Shown: positions 47,400-62,136 of the stretch, piece by piece
How the letters are laid out: every line of letters begins with the position of its first letter
Numbering within the stretch: the first letter of the stretch is position 1
DNA from: Octopus vulgaris
Taxonomy: Eukaryota
Length of the DNA: 64,000 nucleotides
Assembly: GCA_951406725.2 (NCBI GenBank)
Contig: OX597822.1
Location: 47,740,001-47,804,000 of the forward strand
Direction: 5' to 3'
Notes under the pieces: model-generated
Told to the model about the DNA's origin: nothing
Databases searched by the model: none
Seen by the model: only the letters and a program-made list of their open reading frames with translations
Made by a program: the position numbers and the translations under genes

Positions 47400-47656
47400 T
47401 TTAAGATGAGAATATCTGAAATAAACGAAAATACTAAAAATGAACCCGACCGCTCTCAAAAATTAAGCATAAAAAAAAAAACAGGGAAAAATAATCCAGA
47501 ATCCTTGTCTGGTGTCGGATCGGTCCCAAAATGTAATCAGTTACGAGGTCAAACATCCCTGAAAGTTTCATCCGAATCCATCCAGCGGTCCTTGAGATAT
47601 CTTGTCCACAGCCAAACAAACAAACAATATCTCCGCCTTCGCTAAGGTAGAGGTAA
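47400..47656 (+). mobile_element. Helentron/DINE-1-like (HINE) non-autonomous element 3' part
   Basis: AAAGTTTCATCCGAATCCATCCAGCGGT..TTGAGATATC core, (CAAA)n microsatellite and terminal hairpin ATCTCCGCCTT-CGCT-AAGGTAGAGGT-AA. Confidence 0.7.
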
Positions 47657-48006
47657 TAACGATATATAATGGAGGCTTGCTGCGTAATAAATCGTTTGGA
47701 CACATAAATATAATTCGATGTATTGGAATTGTTTTTGTTTAGATTCTGTGCTGCGTTTTGATGCAGAGAACGAAGTTTGTAACCATTGTCTGCATAGATA
47801 CTTAACCTTATTCTCTTGTGATCTAAGCGTCATTTTCTATCTATCTAGCAACAACAAGCTATGGTCTCTTGGTTGAACGACGATGTTAACTGAAGCCTGA
47901 CCAGCACCAATAAGCCAAACAATCTTCAATTCTTCAAACACCGATGTCACTTTTGCAGAAAACTTTGTTGCAGGAGGGAATATTTTCAAGACGTTCCACT
48001 GCGAAA

Positions 48007-48196
<190 letters not shown>

Positions 48197-50364
48197 ATGA
48201 TATTTAGAGAAGGAAGAGTGTGATTATCTCGCTTTCTATTCTATTCCGGACATAGTGTACCTTGGATCACATTATCCAAGGTGTCTTTAAAAAAAAAAAA
48301 AACTTTTGGTAAATTTGACTTCTCCAGCATGTGGCGTGACCACATCAATGGCTTCGTGGTTGGTTCGTATCAGCTAGTTTGCTGTTATAGCTCAGTCTGT
48401 TTGTGTGTGTGTGTACCTGTGTATATGCTCGCGTGCACACACGCACACATACAGATCAAACGATCGCGTATAGTAAACGTGTAAATGTGAACTGTAATTT
48501 ATATGTAGTGTATTACACTAATGCTGTAGCATTAGTGAAATATAAAAGTATTTTGTAGTAGACTATGAAATGTAATACAGTGTATTCGTATTACGCTAAT
48601 TGAAGTGCAATGTAGTGTTTAGTACAAGAGTAACGTAATGTAAATAGTGCATTTTAGTGTATTAAAAAAATAGAAGAAAACATAGTCCACTGGTAGTCGC
48701 GACATCGACCGGGCGCTTTCATTTCTGTCAGCTGAGCGAACTGAACCAGCGTGAAGTACCTGCCCAAGTACACGACGTTCTTTCCCGATCGGAATCGAAC
48801 ACACAAACCTTACGATCGAGGTCTAATTGCCTAACCCGTTGGACCACGCTTTTCCCAGTGTATGTGTAGTCTGGTGCAACATAGTTTAATGTGTATTTAG
48901 TGTAAGTGTGATGGTGTGTAATTTTGCTTAAAATTATGCTGTAGTGTGGCATATAAATAATTCTTTCTACTATTGACACAAGGCCCGAAATTTGCTGGCG
49001 GGTGTGGGGGCGCTAGTTGATTGCATCGACCCTAGTACTCAACTGGTACTTATTTTATCGACGCTGAAAAGGTGAAATGTAATAGTAGATGAACAAAGTA
49101 GTGTAAGAATGCCGTGTTTAAGTGTAATGTAGCATATTACAAAGTACTTATTATGGCTACACTAGAACGGTACACGAGAGATAAGCCTTGATCAAATAGA
49201 CTTATACACAAAGGCGTTCCTGTCATGACCATTTCAGCTTTTTATTTGGGTATACTCTATACAGGACTACAATGTCCAATCGCCTTTTTTTTTCTTTTTT
49301 TTTAAATAATATCCAAGCAGATGTAGCAATCGCATAGGCAGACGTTCCATCGTTGAATCACGCTATCTTTCGATTTGCAGTGTAGCAGAAGAGAAATGTT
49401 GTATGCTATCATTATGAATATCAATCACACTGTAATACGAATTATTAGTTTTCAACTGGCTCAGGTTTCAGGCGAGATCGTTCAGCAATGATCTCTTCTC
49501 GTTTATTGTTATTAAGTCTTTTACTTGTTTCTTTTTCATTTCCATTACTCTCTCCTTCCATATCAAATTCATTTTCTCTTTCTCTCGCTCTTTTCCTTTC
49601 TTTCTCTTTCAAACAATTATTATCGTGCTTTAACATACGTACAGATCTTATTATACACAAGTGTAAACATATACTGCTTACATTGAAAGTCGGTCCCTAA
49701 AATTTGAGGTGAAGGTCCTTTTGCTTCTGAGAAGGGAAAACAAATATATCACATGAATCCTATAATCTTTACCGCCATTTAATAGTTTCATCGTTAAGTG
49801 TGTATATGCGTGCGTGTGTGTGTGTGTAGTGACAGAGTGGGGAAGACGCCGATGTAATGTGTTTTCCAGCGTGAATGTGATGTGGTGGAACGTGTACACG
49901 TGAATGTTGATGTTGGTGTTCGAAAGAATGTTTGCGTTTAATAATGGTGGTGGTGGTGGTGGTGGTAATGATGATGATGGAAAGAGTGTGTGTGTGTGTG
50001 TGATGGTTGAAGTGGTCATCAAGAGACCCACCTTCACGAGCAAAATATTTTCAAGTGTCTGACTCCCTCCTCTTTGTCCTTCTCTGTAATTTCTACTCTT
50101 CCTTTCATAATCCACCGTATACACATCTACAGGCACACAATTTTTCTCTCCCCTCGCCTCTTCCCTCCCTCCAGCCCATCTCCCTCTCCCTACACATTTT
50201 TTAAACTCTGGTTGTTTGATAGCCAGTTTCCTGAAATAATTCTGTGTTTAATGGTCATTAAACACTCTCAGTTTCCCCTTTTTCACATCCTTCCTCTCCT
50301 TTCAACTAAGATCTTAGAGAAATAGCGCACACTGGCCAGTGATATATATTTGAACACTGTCGAC

Positions 50365-50672
50365 CAGTGTTTCTCAACCTTTTTACCCTTGCTTAACCCC
50401 TAAAATAAATTACATGTCTCAAGGAACCCCTGCACAAAAAAATTATATACCATATCTATCTCATATTTTTTCATCGTAGTTCACGTGGTAAATAAATAAA
50501 TATATATATGGGTTTTTTTTTTATAGGTTAGATAGGATAATGTCTATATTACAATAACCAATAATATGTTGTACATGTATAGTGATATTACAATCATGAA
50601 ATTAGCATTAGCTTAACTCATTCTTCCTCGCAGAGCCCTAGGGTTCGGGGGAATCCCGATTGAGAAACGCTG
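50365..50672. mobile_element. hAT (Charlie-like) MITE with 8-bp TSD
   Basis: TIRs CAGTGTTTCTCAAC / ATTGAGAAACGCTG; flanks CTGTCGAC and CCGTAGAC (8 bp, 2 mismatches). Confidence 0.82.
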
Positions 50673-51448
50673 CCGTAGACAAATACGATGTATATCAAAC
50701 ATCATACAACATAAATTTCTGATTTATTAAAATGATCTCGCCTCTGGATATGTGTGATAATAATCAAACGGTAGTTGAGACTGGCGTCAATGAGAAGCAC
50801 TGACCTAGGTGGATGATTACGACTGAATCGTAGGTCGGTTCAGTTAAAAGATGGTAACCTGGGGGTAAACAGCAGCAACAACAACAACAACTATCTCAAC
50901 GGTTCAATGAAGGAATCTCTTCGGCTTGAAAAGGAAACCAGACATTGGATAATCATAGATAGTGCGCGTGTTTTTGTGTCTGTGTTTGCCCCCTCATCCC
51001 CAAACATCACTTGACAACTGGCATTTGTATGTTTACGTCCCCAAAACTTAGCGGTTCGGCAAAAGAGACCGATAGAACTGAGCTTTAAAAAAATAAAGTT
51101 CGTCAAGGCGGTGCTCCAGTATGGCCACAGTCTAATGATTGAAGCAAGTAGAAGATAGAAAATAAAAGATATATCTACCCTTCCCTCGCCCCCCAAAAAA
51201 CCCTAAACAAAAGCAAGTGGGCAAAGCGCATGACATTTAAATACCCGCTCAGACTGACCAAATCGAAGCAGTCGAAGTTCAAGTCTACCTTCTGTTGGTT
51301 CATTCGTCCGCAGGAAAATCACGATCAAGGGTGACAGAGGATTTCAGAGGTTTCTTCAAGCATCCGATCTTGGTTTACAGAAAACTTTGTGGCGTGGAGT
51401 GGGGAGGTACCTTCAACATGTTCCACAGCAAACACGTGCGCGCGTGCA

Positions 51449-51489
<41 letters not shown>

Positions 51490-52703
51490 TGTAAGTTACC
51501 GTATAGAGAGGAGAAGGAAGCCTGTGAGAGTGATGTGTATAAGTCGGTATGTAGAACAAAAATATGAAAATGATAGAATCGTAGGGGTATGGGAACGATA
51601 TGAGACTGTGAATGCGGTAATTCTGTAGTGAAAGGTAGACATGTGGCAGGCTGCAGATACCATATTTGATGACATAAAGGAAGCACTTTTTTCAAAATAT
51701 ATCTCAAACAAATCACCCTGGGTTCTATATGTGAAGTCGGGCCTATATTATATGCTTAATGCACTTTTTTTTTTCTTTGAATATTTGTTGCTGAAAATGG
51801 GGTGTGTCTAATGAGCCCGTGCGGCTTTTAATAGCCATGAAATTCGGTAATTTAGCGGATAGAATAATAGAATACTCATCGTCGAAACTGACGAAGATCT
51901 ATTTCTTTGATATATGTATCGCGGCTGTAGCACTTTAAAATGGGTCTGACTTGAATGAACTTTAGAGAGGGGGAAGAGAGGGTGGGGTCAATAAGGAATC
52001 GATGTCGAAATCATGTTTGACTCCAGGTCGTTGTCCTCGGGTGCAGATATGAAAGGCACAGGATTTCCTCTTGAATCCTATCGTGCCTGTTAATTAAGGT
52101 TGGCGCATCGAAAGTGTCACGATCCCCTTACCTAGGGTACTGAGAACACTACATCGAGTCAACTCTAATCGAAGACGTTTTTGGCACAGCCGTTTGGCGC
52201 TGCCTATTTGGCGTCGCTTATTCGACGCTGACTTATTTGACATCAACCGTTTTAATGTTTCTCTCGTGCTCTCCCTCTCTTTTCTTATATGTGTGAGCAT
52301 CTAGTTTTGTTTGTATGCGTGAGAGCGCGTGACTTAGTGTTTGGGGGTACTCGGTTCACGATTATAAGATCGTTTGGTTCCTAGCAGCACGATGTGTCCT
52401 TGGTTGAGCAAGACACTTTATTTCACGTTGCTGTAGTCAACCCAGCTGGCAAAAATGAATTGTACCTGTATTTGAAAGGGCCAGCCTTATCACATTCTGT
52501 GTCACGCTGAATCTCCCCGAGAACTATGTTAAGTGTACGCGTGTCTGTGGAATGTTCAGCCACTTTCACGCTAATTCCACGAGCAAGCTGTATCGTTTGG
52601 TCGGCTCAAGTAGAACTCTTCTCGTCGTAACCCATGGAATGCTAGTTACGTTTGTATGTATGTGTAATGTTTCCCTCTCACTTTCTATTTGTTTGTATAT
52701 AGT

Positions 52704-52940
52704 TATTTCTTTATTGCCCACGGGTGGGTGGCTAAACACAGAAGGGACAAATAAGGTCAGACAAAGGGATTAAGTCGATTACATCGATCCCAGTGCGTAA
52801 CTGGTACTTATTTAATCGACCCCGAAAGGATGAAAGGCAAAGTCGACCTCGGCGGAATTTGAACTCAGAACGTAGCGGCAGAGGAAATACCGCTAAGCAT
52901 TTCGCCCGGCGTGCTAAAGATTCTGCCAGCTCGCTGCCCT
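52704..52940 (-). mobile_element. Family B SINE, young full-length copy
   Basis: Closely matches the reverse complement of 31259-31490. Confidence 0.9.
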
Positions 52941-53553
52941 TCTGTATGTATATATTACTGTGTGTGCATGTGTATGTTTGCACGCACGCGCGCATGTGTG
53001 TGCCAAAACGTTACTGTCACCAAAACAGATTGAATGTCCAGTCAGTCGTGGAAAATTGTCAGTGTCCAACCAGCTGTGCCAAACGTGTCATCCCGACCGA
53101 AACGCGTCCCGGTCGTAGCAATTCCGTCTTTTGTATATTTAAACCCCCACATTGTCCTATAAGTTGCTGTTATAGCAGCGGTAGTAGTGTTAGTGGTTAT
53201 GGTTTTGCTAGTAATTAATGTGGTGGTAATGTTATCGATCGAGTTATGTGTTGTTTGTTGTTGGGGCTGTGATGTGCTTAGTCCGAAGCCAAACCTCATT
53301 GAGCTAAACCTTTATGATCAAAGACAGTCTAGGGTTACATTGTACTATTATCTCCTTTCTTGTTTCCAGATGGTAGTGGGAGTTGAGGGAGAATTTGCTG
53401 TTATATCTAGCATGTCGATCGAGCGATCACGTAGAAGAGGTTCTTTCTAGGTTCCGATTGTTGTTGTGTGCGGAGTTAACATTTACTATCAGATTCCGTA
53501 GTAACCGTCAGCAGAAACAGCAGTAGCATTGGTGGTGGTGGTGGTGTTGTTGT

Positions 53554-53586
<33 letters not shown>

Positions 53587-54665
53587 AAGAATCAGCAGCA
53601 GTAGTAGTTGTAGTTTGTGACGAATTAGTTCAGCTTTATTTCATCGTATATGTGTTTGTCTCATCTGCGCTCACTCGTGTGTATAAATTCAGATTGTAAT
53701 AAATGTACGCACACAAACATACGTGTGTGTGATTTGGATTTAGTTTGGAAGATCGTGTGTGTGTGTGTGTGCATTTAGGTCAAACGAAGGAAATGTACTT
53801 AAAAACGGTTACCAAATGGATAGGAAGAACTCTCTTCTTCACATATGCTAGGGAGAGTAATTGGTTACTCGCTCTACCAGAATTAACTGCCGAATATGCC
53901 TCTCATTACGCCCTACCGTCCTTGTAAAGCGACAGGACAAACTGAATAACATAGACCTATATACTGAAAATTCGAGGGAATGATGGGCCGGCCATGGTTG
54001 GAATGCTTTTGATCATGAAGTCTACTCATGTCTGACCTGGGGTTTAACACAATACACACCGATCTCGAATTACACACAAACATACAAGCTTGGCACATAC
54101 ATAAGTTTCAAATTTTCTTTCTCTCTCCTTCCCTCTCTCTCTCTCTCTCTCTCTCTTTTTCCCCGTCGCCTACACACACACACACACATACACATCCTAG
54201 GCCTGCTGCTCAGCTTAAGATGAGATTACTGTTTAGTCTCCATGGTGTATAGTATTCGACCAGAAGATTACACGCTACTACGGTTTGCTTGAATAGACAG
54301 TTGTAGACTGGTGACTATGTAATGATGATGGTGGTGATGGTGTGTTTGTGTGTCTGTGTGTATGATTTTTGATAAATAGTATTTAAGAAAAACACACTGC
54401 ATTCGATACAAACACGTAATCGTTCGTAATTTGTAAAGCAATACGAGTAAAATGCCAGCATGCCCAAGGCCTCATATTCCACGCTCGCTCGGTCCGTATA
54501 TCCCATCTCAATGTGTGGAGGATACAGGGCTTGAATGAGTACAAAGCAACTTAAACCTTTGATGACCCGGTATTTTTATTCGTATTGCGCTCTCTCTTTC
54601 TCTCTAATGTGTGTGTGTACTCTCTCTACCTCTCTCTCTCTCTCTCACACACACACAGAAAAAAT

Positions 54666-55041
54666 AGGTGCAGCTGTGGTTCTGTGGTAAGAAGTTTGCC
54701 TCCCAATCACTTGGTCGTGGGTTCAATCCCACTGTGTGGCACATTCGGCAAGTGTCTTTTACTATAGCTTTAGGCTAACCAAAGCCTTGAGTAGATTTTA
54801 TAGACGGAAACTGAAAGAAGTCCGTCGTGTATATACATGTATATAACTGGTTTGTTCCCTCCCACCGCTTGACAACCGGTGCTGGTGTGTTTACATCCCT
54901 GTAACGTAACGGTTCGGCAAAAGAGAACGATAGAATAAGTCTAGGCTTTAAAACAATGTCCTGGGGGTCAATTTTTTCGACCATTATCCTTCAGTAATGT
55001 CCTAGCATGGCCGCAGTAAAATGACTGAAACAAGTAAAAGA
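54666..55041 (+). mobile_element. Family A SINE, full length
   Basis: Colinear with 43504-43915. Confidence 0.87.
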
Positions 55042-55152
55042 TATATATATATATATATATATAAGCGTGAAAGATAGTAGTTTTTTTTTGGCTGCTATTT
55101 CTAAAATTTTCGGTATGTGGTCAAGCAACTTGTTGCTAAACCCTTATTGATA

Positions 55153-55222
<70 letters not shown>

Positions 55223-57819
55223 ACGAATGATTATGGAAAACAAACGCTTTGTTTCATCTTCTCGCGCGAGATTTACGCTACTTCTAACCACTTATGATTA
55301 GTTCGTATATGCAGTATTTATTCCGTTTTTTTTTTTTGTTTTTTTTGCTATTTTTTCTTCTTTAAATTGTGGCGAGCGAAGAACCATCAGGAAGTGAACT
55401 GTGTACTTAGAAATTCTCTCGACAGAATAACTTACAAGGGATTGTAAATAGAGCACTATGTATAAATAGTACACTGTTTAAATAGAGATCTATAGGAAAA
55501 GAGGACTATATAGATATATGGCATTGACTGAATAGAGCACTTTAAAGTATTATTAAATTATATTTATTCCCACGAGAGTATCCGTTAGCGCCCAATTGTC
55601 TGCATGGTTATTTGTTTTTATATTTTTATATTCTACCATTTCGTTTCTTCGGTTGATAGTTTCCTTTCGTTTTCTCTCCTACAAATTTCACGTTATCCTC
55701 TGTCTGAGCGCTTGCTCTGCTAGAAATATCAACCAACTCTTCATAAAATCTCACCCGACTGCCTTAAAAATGAACATGCTGTATAATATGGTCCTGAGTT
55801 CTGTGCACGTAGAAAAAAAGAGGACTGAAATGCTTTGATCTTCAATCATGGTGAGGGTGGAGATGCAGTTAAAGAACAAAACATATAAATAGTGGACGCA
55901 TCGCTTTTAGAGTTCCTTTCCTGCAGTGCCTGCGAAGTGGTACTAAGTATTTTTTTTCTCTATTGTGGTTTATTGAAATTTGCATTCCTATTATTTATTC
56001 ACTAGAAACAAATTGTTTTATAATTACCAATAATTATTCGTCGAGTCCTTGCGTGTGTTATATATACTTCGATGAAGATGACACGAGATGTACCTACTGC
56101 GTTCATGTGACTTTCATTTTCACATAGTGTATGTGTGTGTGTGTGGGGGGGGTACATGCGCCAAAACCGTCATGGTTCTCGATCCTATAACCGACGAGAG
56201 GCTTTTGGTTTTTTTTCATTATTGCCGTTTTATCCGTTTTCCACATCGTCTTACTTTTATTTGCACTCCTATCTCTCGCGCACACACACACACGCGCATG
56301 TATATATGTGTAGAAGGATTGACTGTTATTTCTAGCAAAAAGAACACTCACACACTGGCTTCTTCTTTGCGTATGTGCTGGTGATAGTGGCGGTGGAGAT
56401 GGTCAGCTGATGATAATGGTTGTGGTTTGGCTGGCGGTGGTATTAGTTATTTAGCTCCAGCTGTGGTTATCCACATCTTTTTAGAACCGCCTCGTTCAAT
56501 GTGTTTTATGGTGGAGATGGAAGGGTGGTGCTAGTATTCGTGTGGTGGTGGTGATTATCTAGTGTTGGTATTCACACGTTGGCGAGGGTGGTGGTGATAC
56601 CTTTTGTTAATGTAGTTGTGGTGATTGTTGTTTTACACACACACACACACACCACCACCACACAGTATAGGAGTTGATACAGACTTGAGTTCAAGCAACT
56701 ATAAGAAGCCAGCCTTCCTTGTGTCCTCCTCCTCCTCTTTTCCCTGCCTCCTGCCATTTGTGATTTACAATTGCCATAGAAACGTCGATTATGTTGTTTT
56801 TGTTTTATCTTACACCACACACGGCACTAATCTCCATCTACTGTACTCTCACATAGTCCCCCCTCCCCCCACTATGTCTATCTACACGTTAACTCTCTCC
56901 TTCTTTCTCTCTCTCATTCGAAAGGTACAGCCATAGCAATTATAATAGTGTTGCTGGCATAATTGCTCTATTTAACCATGCGTCTTAAAAGATACTCCAA
57001 AGTATGTAGGTGACCACACGATAAGAATTAAGAATTAAGAAGTGAGAAAAGACACCACAATCTACTGGTCATGATTGTTGCTAAAGCATTCTAAAAATGG
57101 CAGTAGTCAGTCTGCCCTGTCGCGAAATAATTATAGTTTTACTAAAATAACGATTTTGAATAAAGTGTTCACTAGTAGAAGCCGGAAATTTTGTTTTTCC
57201 ATTAAGTCTCTCTCCTTCAGTCAAGCTAATTTCCCGCGTCGTATACATACATGCATACATATTATTATTGTGTGTCAGCCCTAGTGGCCAATAAAAAGAA
57301 TTTAGTATTATTATTATTATTATTATTATTTAAAAAAACAGTTTGATTCGGCCCTAAAGGATTCGTACGCTTATTACGTGTGTATGTGTGTGTAAATGCG
57401 CGCACACATTTTCGTTCATACTTTTTGAGAATCTAGTCGGGTGCTTCGCTATTATACTGTCTTGAAATCATTCTGAGGTTGATTGTGACTGTTTCCATTA
57501 TATTATGGAAACGGCGATTCAGTACAAGCATGTCATATCGTTTCTGCAGAAAGGGTGAACCGGTTTCGAATACCACTGGCAAGTTTTTTTTCTACATCAG
57601 TAACTTGCGTTTGTGCATTTTTATCCTTTATCTTTTAAGGTTGCAGACAAGAATGAACATCGTAACCCCTGCTCACCCATAAGTGTTCTAGATCTAAGCT
57701 AGATTCGCTCATCTTCGACCTGTGACACATAATTATAAAGTGAATAGTTGTTTATAACATTCTGATGGCAAGCAGGTGAAACTTTAAGCCTAAAGCAATT
57801 TTACACACACAAACACACC

Positions 57820-57874
<55 letters not shown>

Positions 57875-57961
57875 CATTACCAGTATACCTAAATCGGTAA
57901 CTTATGTTTTACCTTAGAACAGAATGGAATAAGTAGAGCAAGAACACACACGAAAACGAAG

Positions 57962-58006
57962 TGTCGCTGAAGAGGTCACAGATGTGTGACGAAAGATTTC
58001 CGGACA
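57962..58006 (+). ncRNA. Minimal type-I hammerhead ribozyme motif between microsatellites
   Basis: Stem I TGTC-G/C(G)GACA; core CTGAAGA 57967-57973; stem II GTCACA-gatg-TGTGAC; GAAA 57991-57994; near-palindromic stem III AGATTT; cleavage after C58000. Confidence 0.72.
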
Positions 58007-58064
58007 ATGGACATGAGTTAAAATGATAAAATAAGAAAATAAGAACAGTAATAGTGAAGAAAAA

Positions 58065-58106
58065 ATATATATATATATATTTTATATATATAGTAATAAA
58101 TATAGC

Positions 58107-58149
<43 letters not shown>

Positions 58150-58188
58150 GAATTAATATATATATATATATATATATATAATATAATG

Positions 58189-58225
<37 letters not shown>

Positions 58226-58258
58226 TATATATATATTGTCCATGTTGTATTTTTCTAC

Positions 58259-58350
<92 letters not shown>

Positions 58351-58440
58351 TATATATATATGAGTATATATAATATATATATGATATATATAATATATAT
58401 GCATATATATATATGTGTGTGTGTGTGTAGTGTGTGTGTT
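58065..58440. repeat. Interrupted (TA)n microsatellite block
   Basis: Direct reading. Confidence 0.95.
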
Positions 58441-60517
58441 TATTTGGCAAAAAAAAAATTACCGTCCCGAAATACTTCAATACCTGTTTCAACACACGGT
58501 TTTACACCGGAATCTTGCAAAACGAATTGATAATAGGGAGGAGAGGTTTATATATATGTGAGAGAGAGAGAATGATATGTTGAGATGGATAATTTCCTTT
58601 CTCTTCCTCTTTATCTTTCCCTCGGCAGTCGGTGCTAAAATAATTGAGAGAGAAAAGAGAGAGGTACCCATCATATGTTCAAGAACTAGTTTCAAATCTC
58701 CGCTATATATAGTCTTTTTAACTTCACTAAACATCGCTGTTGCTATTGAAGAAAGCTATGACCAAGAAAACTATAAACATTTTCCGCTTATGGCTTCGAT
58801 TCTCGGTTACGACCGACCCTACGATGTCATTTATTATGAAAATTGTTTTTGCTGTCATAGTTGTTATTTAACTAGGTGTATATACATTGCTAACAAGGCT
58901 TTAGAACATTTTTATTTGAATTTCATTTATTTATTTATTTATTTATTTATTTATTATTATTATTATTTTTTTTTATAAAACCCTGGATAGCTGACAAGTT
59001 TCCGTTCCTGTAGTCCCTTTTCAAAGCCACATTTTCGAACCATCAAGATTGCCGCTAATTTTGCCGTTCGACCTGCTTGAAATGTCAGCCAAGTCTCTTG
59101 TAAATTGCGAATTTACTGTTTCATATATATATATATATATATAATGGATTTGTTACCACAGGAACTTCTTTGATCATTCTTTGAATCTAAACAATATTGT
59201 TTCGTTAATGCGTGTGTATGAACGACACAGGCATTGTTCATTTAGTGCGCGTGTGTCTATACACACACATACACAGCAGTCACGGAGTAAATATATCAAG
59301 CTTATAACGGAGTAGTTTCCTCATTTATTTATATTGCTGATATTATCTAACATTCATATAATTTATTGAATTGTTGATACACGTAAACGAAAAACACTGC
59401 GGTGATTCTGTATTCGGGTGGGTATCGCTAGTTCAAATACTGAAAATAAAATTGCTTTTTTATTTGGGGAGGGATGTGTGGTGGTGTAGCAAATGTGTAG
59501 TAATTAGTATGTGTGTGTGTAATATATGATGTCAGTTTGTACTCGTTTGTGAATACGTGCATATAACTATCCGTGTGTTGTATATGTTGGCAAATGCTGT
59601 TAATGGGTTTGTGTATATCTGTGTAATTTAGATAGAGAGATAAATAGATTAGCGAAAACGGTAGAGCGTCTGATAAAATACTTTTCCATACTTCCATATA
59701 TCCCTTGACGTTCCAGGTTCATACCCAACCGTTCATTTTTCAGCTGTCGTCAGGGCGAGTGTATTTTACCGTAACATTGCTGGGAGTCGGAAATTCTGTG
59801 GTAACACTTCAGGCAGGCCGTTTATGCTTTTGGTTGGTAAAGTAAATCTGTTGCCCGCTTTGGCATAACCACTTGGTTGGTGTCTTTCGATGAGTCCCCT
59901 ATATGTTGCAAGAATTGATGCCGGGTTCCTCGTTTGACGAGATAATGTTCTACCCGGCAAAAGAGACCGATAGAATAAGTACTGGGCTTACAAAGAATAA
60001 GTCCTGGGGTCGATTTGCTCGACTAAAGGCGGTGCTCCAGCATGGCCGCAGTCAAATGACTGAAACAAGTAAAAGAGTAAAAGAGAGTCCCGGAGGCTCT
60101 GAGAAAGTCCCTGAGTGTTTTCTTCCTTCTAAATCGTTAAAATAAAATCGAAATGAGTATATGTCTAATCGACCTCCAAAATCGGTAGCTTTGCGCTTGC
60201 GTTATAAAGATTTATTAATGTCAGTAATGATGGTAGATGGCAAGTTTGTAGTTGCTTTCGTTTACGCTGAGTCCAACCGTACCGATTTCTTTTTTTAGGG
60301 CTGTAAAATAAGCACTTTAATTATACCTCCCTCCATTCTTACAACAAAGACTTTGCTCTAAATGCTTATTGCTACCGAAGACTGTGTTGTTCAATTCGCT
60401 TGTCTCATTCATTTGAATTAATTTAAATCTATTCTACTGCCCACCCCCATCTTACAAATATGTGGTCTTGAGTCTGTATCGCAATCATCATTAATCAACC
60501 TGTTGGTTGTGTGTGTG

Positions 60518-60583
<66 letters not shown>

Positions 60584-60993
60584 AGTCGGATATTAAAACA
60601 TTCTTGGTCGCTAGAAACAGTAACGAAATTTCTGTTCTCTTTTACACTAATGTTCGCGGCCAGGTGGGGCAAGACAGTGACAGCGTTAGTTTGAATAGTT
60701 CCAATGATCTATGTATATATATCAGTCGCGGATTTATAGGCCAGGGGTTAAACAAGACAACAAGACGCAAAACAGAAAATACCGAAGACGTCTCACGCAC
60801 AGACTGCCTCTCACACTATTGCTGATAATGGTGGTGGAGTCGGTGGTGGGTTCGGTGCATTTCGTCGCTCTGTATTTATAGCAATAACGCAATAGTAGTT
60901 ACATATGAATACATGTGTTAAAAAAAGGATCAAGGCTTGCGTGTTTGTACACACACGTTCTTTCTTGAAATGAATATGTATTATGTGTCTGAT

Positions 60994-61345
60994 GTATATA
61001 TATATATATATACACACACATATACATACATATATATGTACACATACATATATATATATACATATATGTATGTATATATACACATACATATATATATACA
61101 TATATGTATGTATATATACACATACATATACATATGTATGTATATATACACATATATACATATATGTATGTATATATACACATATATACATATATGTATG
61201 TATATATACACATACATATATATATACATATATATGTATATATACACGTACATATATATATATATATGTATGTATATATACACATACATATATATATACA
61301 TATATATGTATATATACACGTACATATATATATATATACACGTAC

Positions 61346-61380
<35 letters not shown>

Positions 61381-61486
61381 CGTACATATATATATATATA
61401 TATGTATACACACACATATATATCAGACATAGAATTCTCATACTGTATATATTATATACATAATGAGATTTATATATATATAATAT

Positions 61487-61553
<67 letters not shown>

Positions 61554-61589
61554 TATATATCACATACATATGTATATATATATATATGG

Positions 61590-61626
<37 letters not shown>

Positions 61627-61747
61627 TATATATCACATACATGATATATATATATATATATAATGTATCATATATATGTACACATACATATATATATCAC
61701 ATACATGATATATATATATATATATAATGTATCATATACATGAGATT

Positions 61748-61805
<58 letters not shown>
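60994..61805. repeat. ~800-bp compound TA/CA microsatellite with higher-order 30-60-bp units
   Basis: For example CATATATACATATATGTATGTATATATACA repeated at 30-bp period around 61121-61210, and a ~59-bp unit duplicated at about 61614-61735. Confidence 0.95.
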
Positions 61806-62136
61806 AGATCCTTTAAAATGTTTTATATATATATATGGTATGTGTGTATGTGATATACACTCGTTACAGTAGCAGTTTCTTGCACTTTGAATTGCGAGAA
61901 AAATAATTCAATTTAAGTGAACAGTATTTTCTACACTATGTATTGAGTACTTTCGTTTCAGTCGTAATTTTCAATGCACGCACGCACGCACTCGCGCGCG
62001 TCTGAGATTTAGTCAAGGAGAGGTGTTAGCGTGTTGGTCTGACCCGATTTTAAACGATACGAGGTTTCTAATATGGAGCCGAATCTTACTATTCCCTCCA
62101 CCACCACCACCACCCCCGAGAATAGGAGTTTCCTGA

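Noticed and set aside
58577-58978. 133-aa ORF with a signal-peptide-like start, containing TTGAAGA-AAGCTATGA...TTATGGCTT stem
   Set aside because: No recognisable domain or splice support and it ends in (TTTA)n. The stem may be a decayed Penelope hammerhead, but both conserved boxes are mutated.
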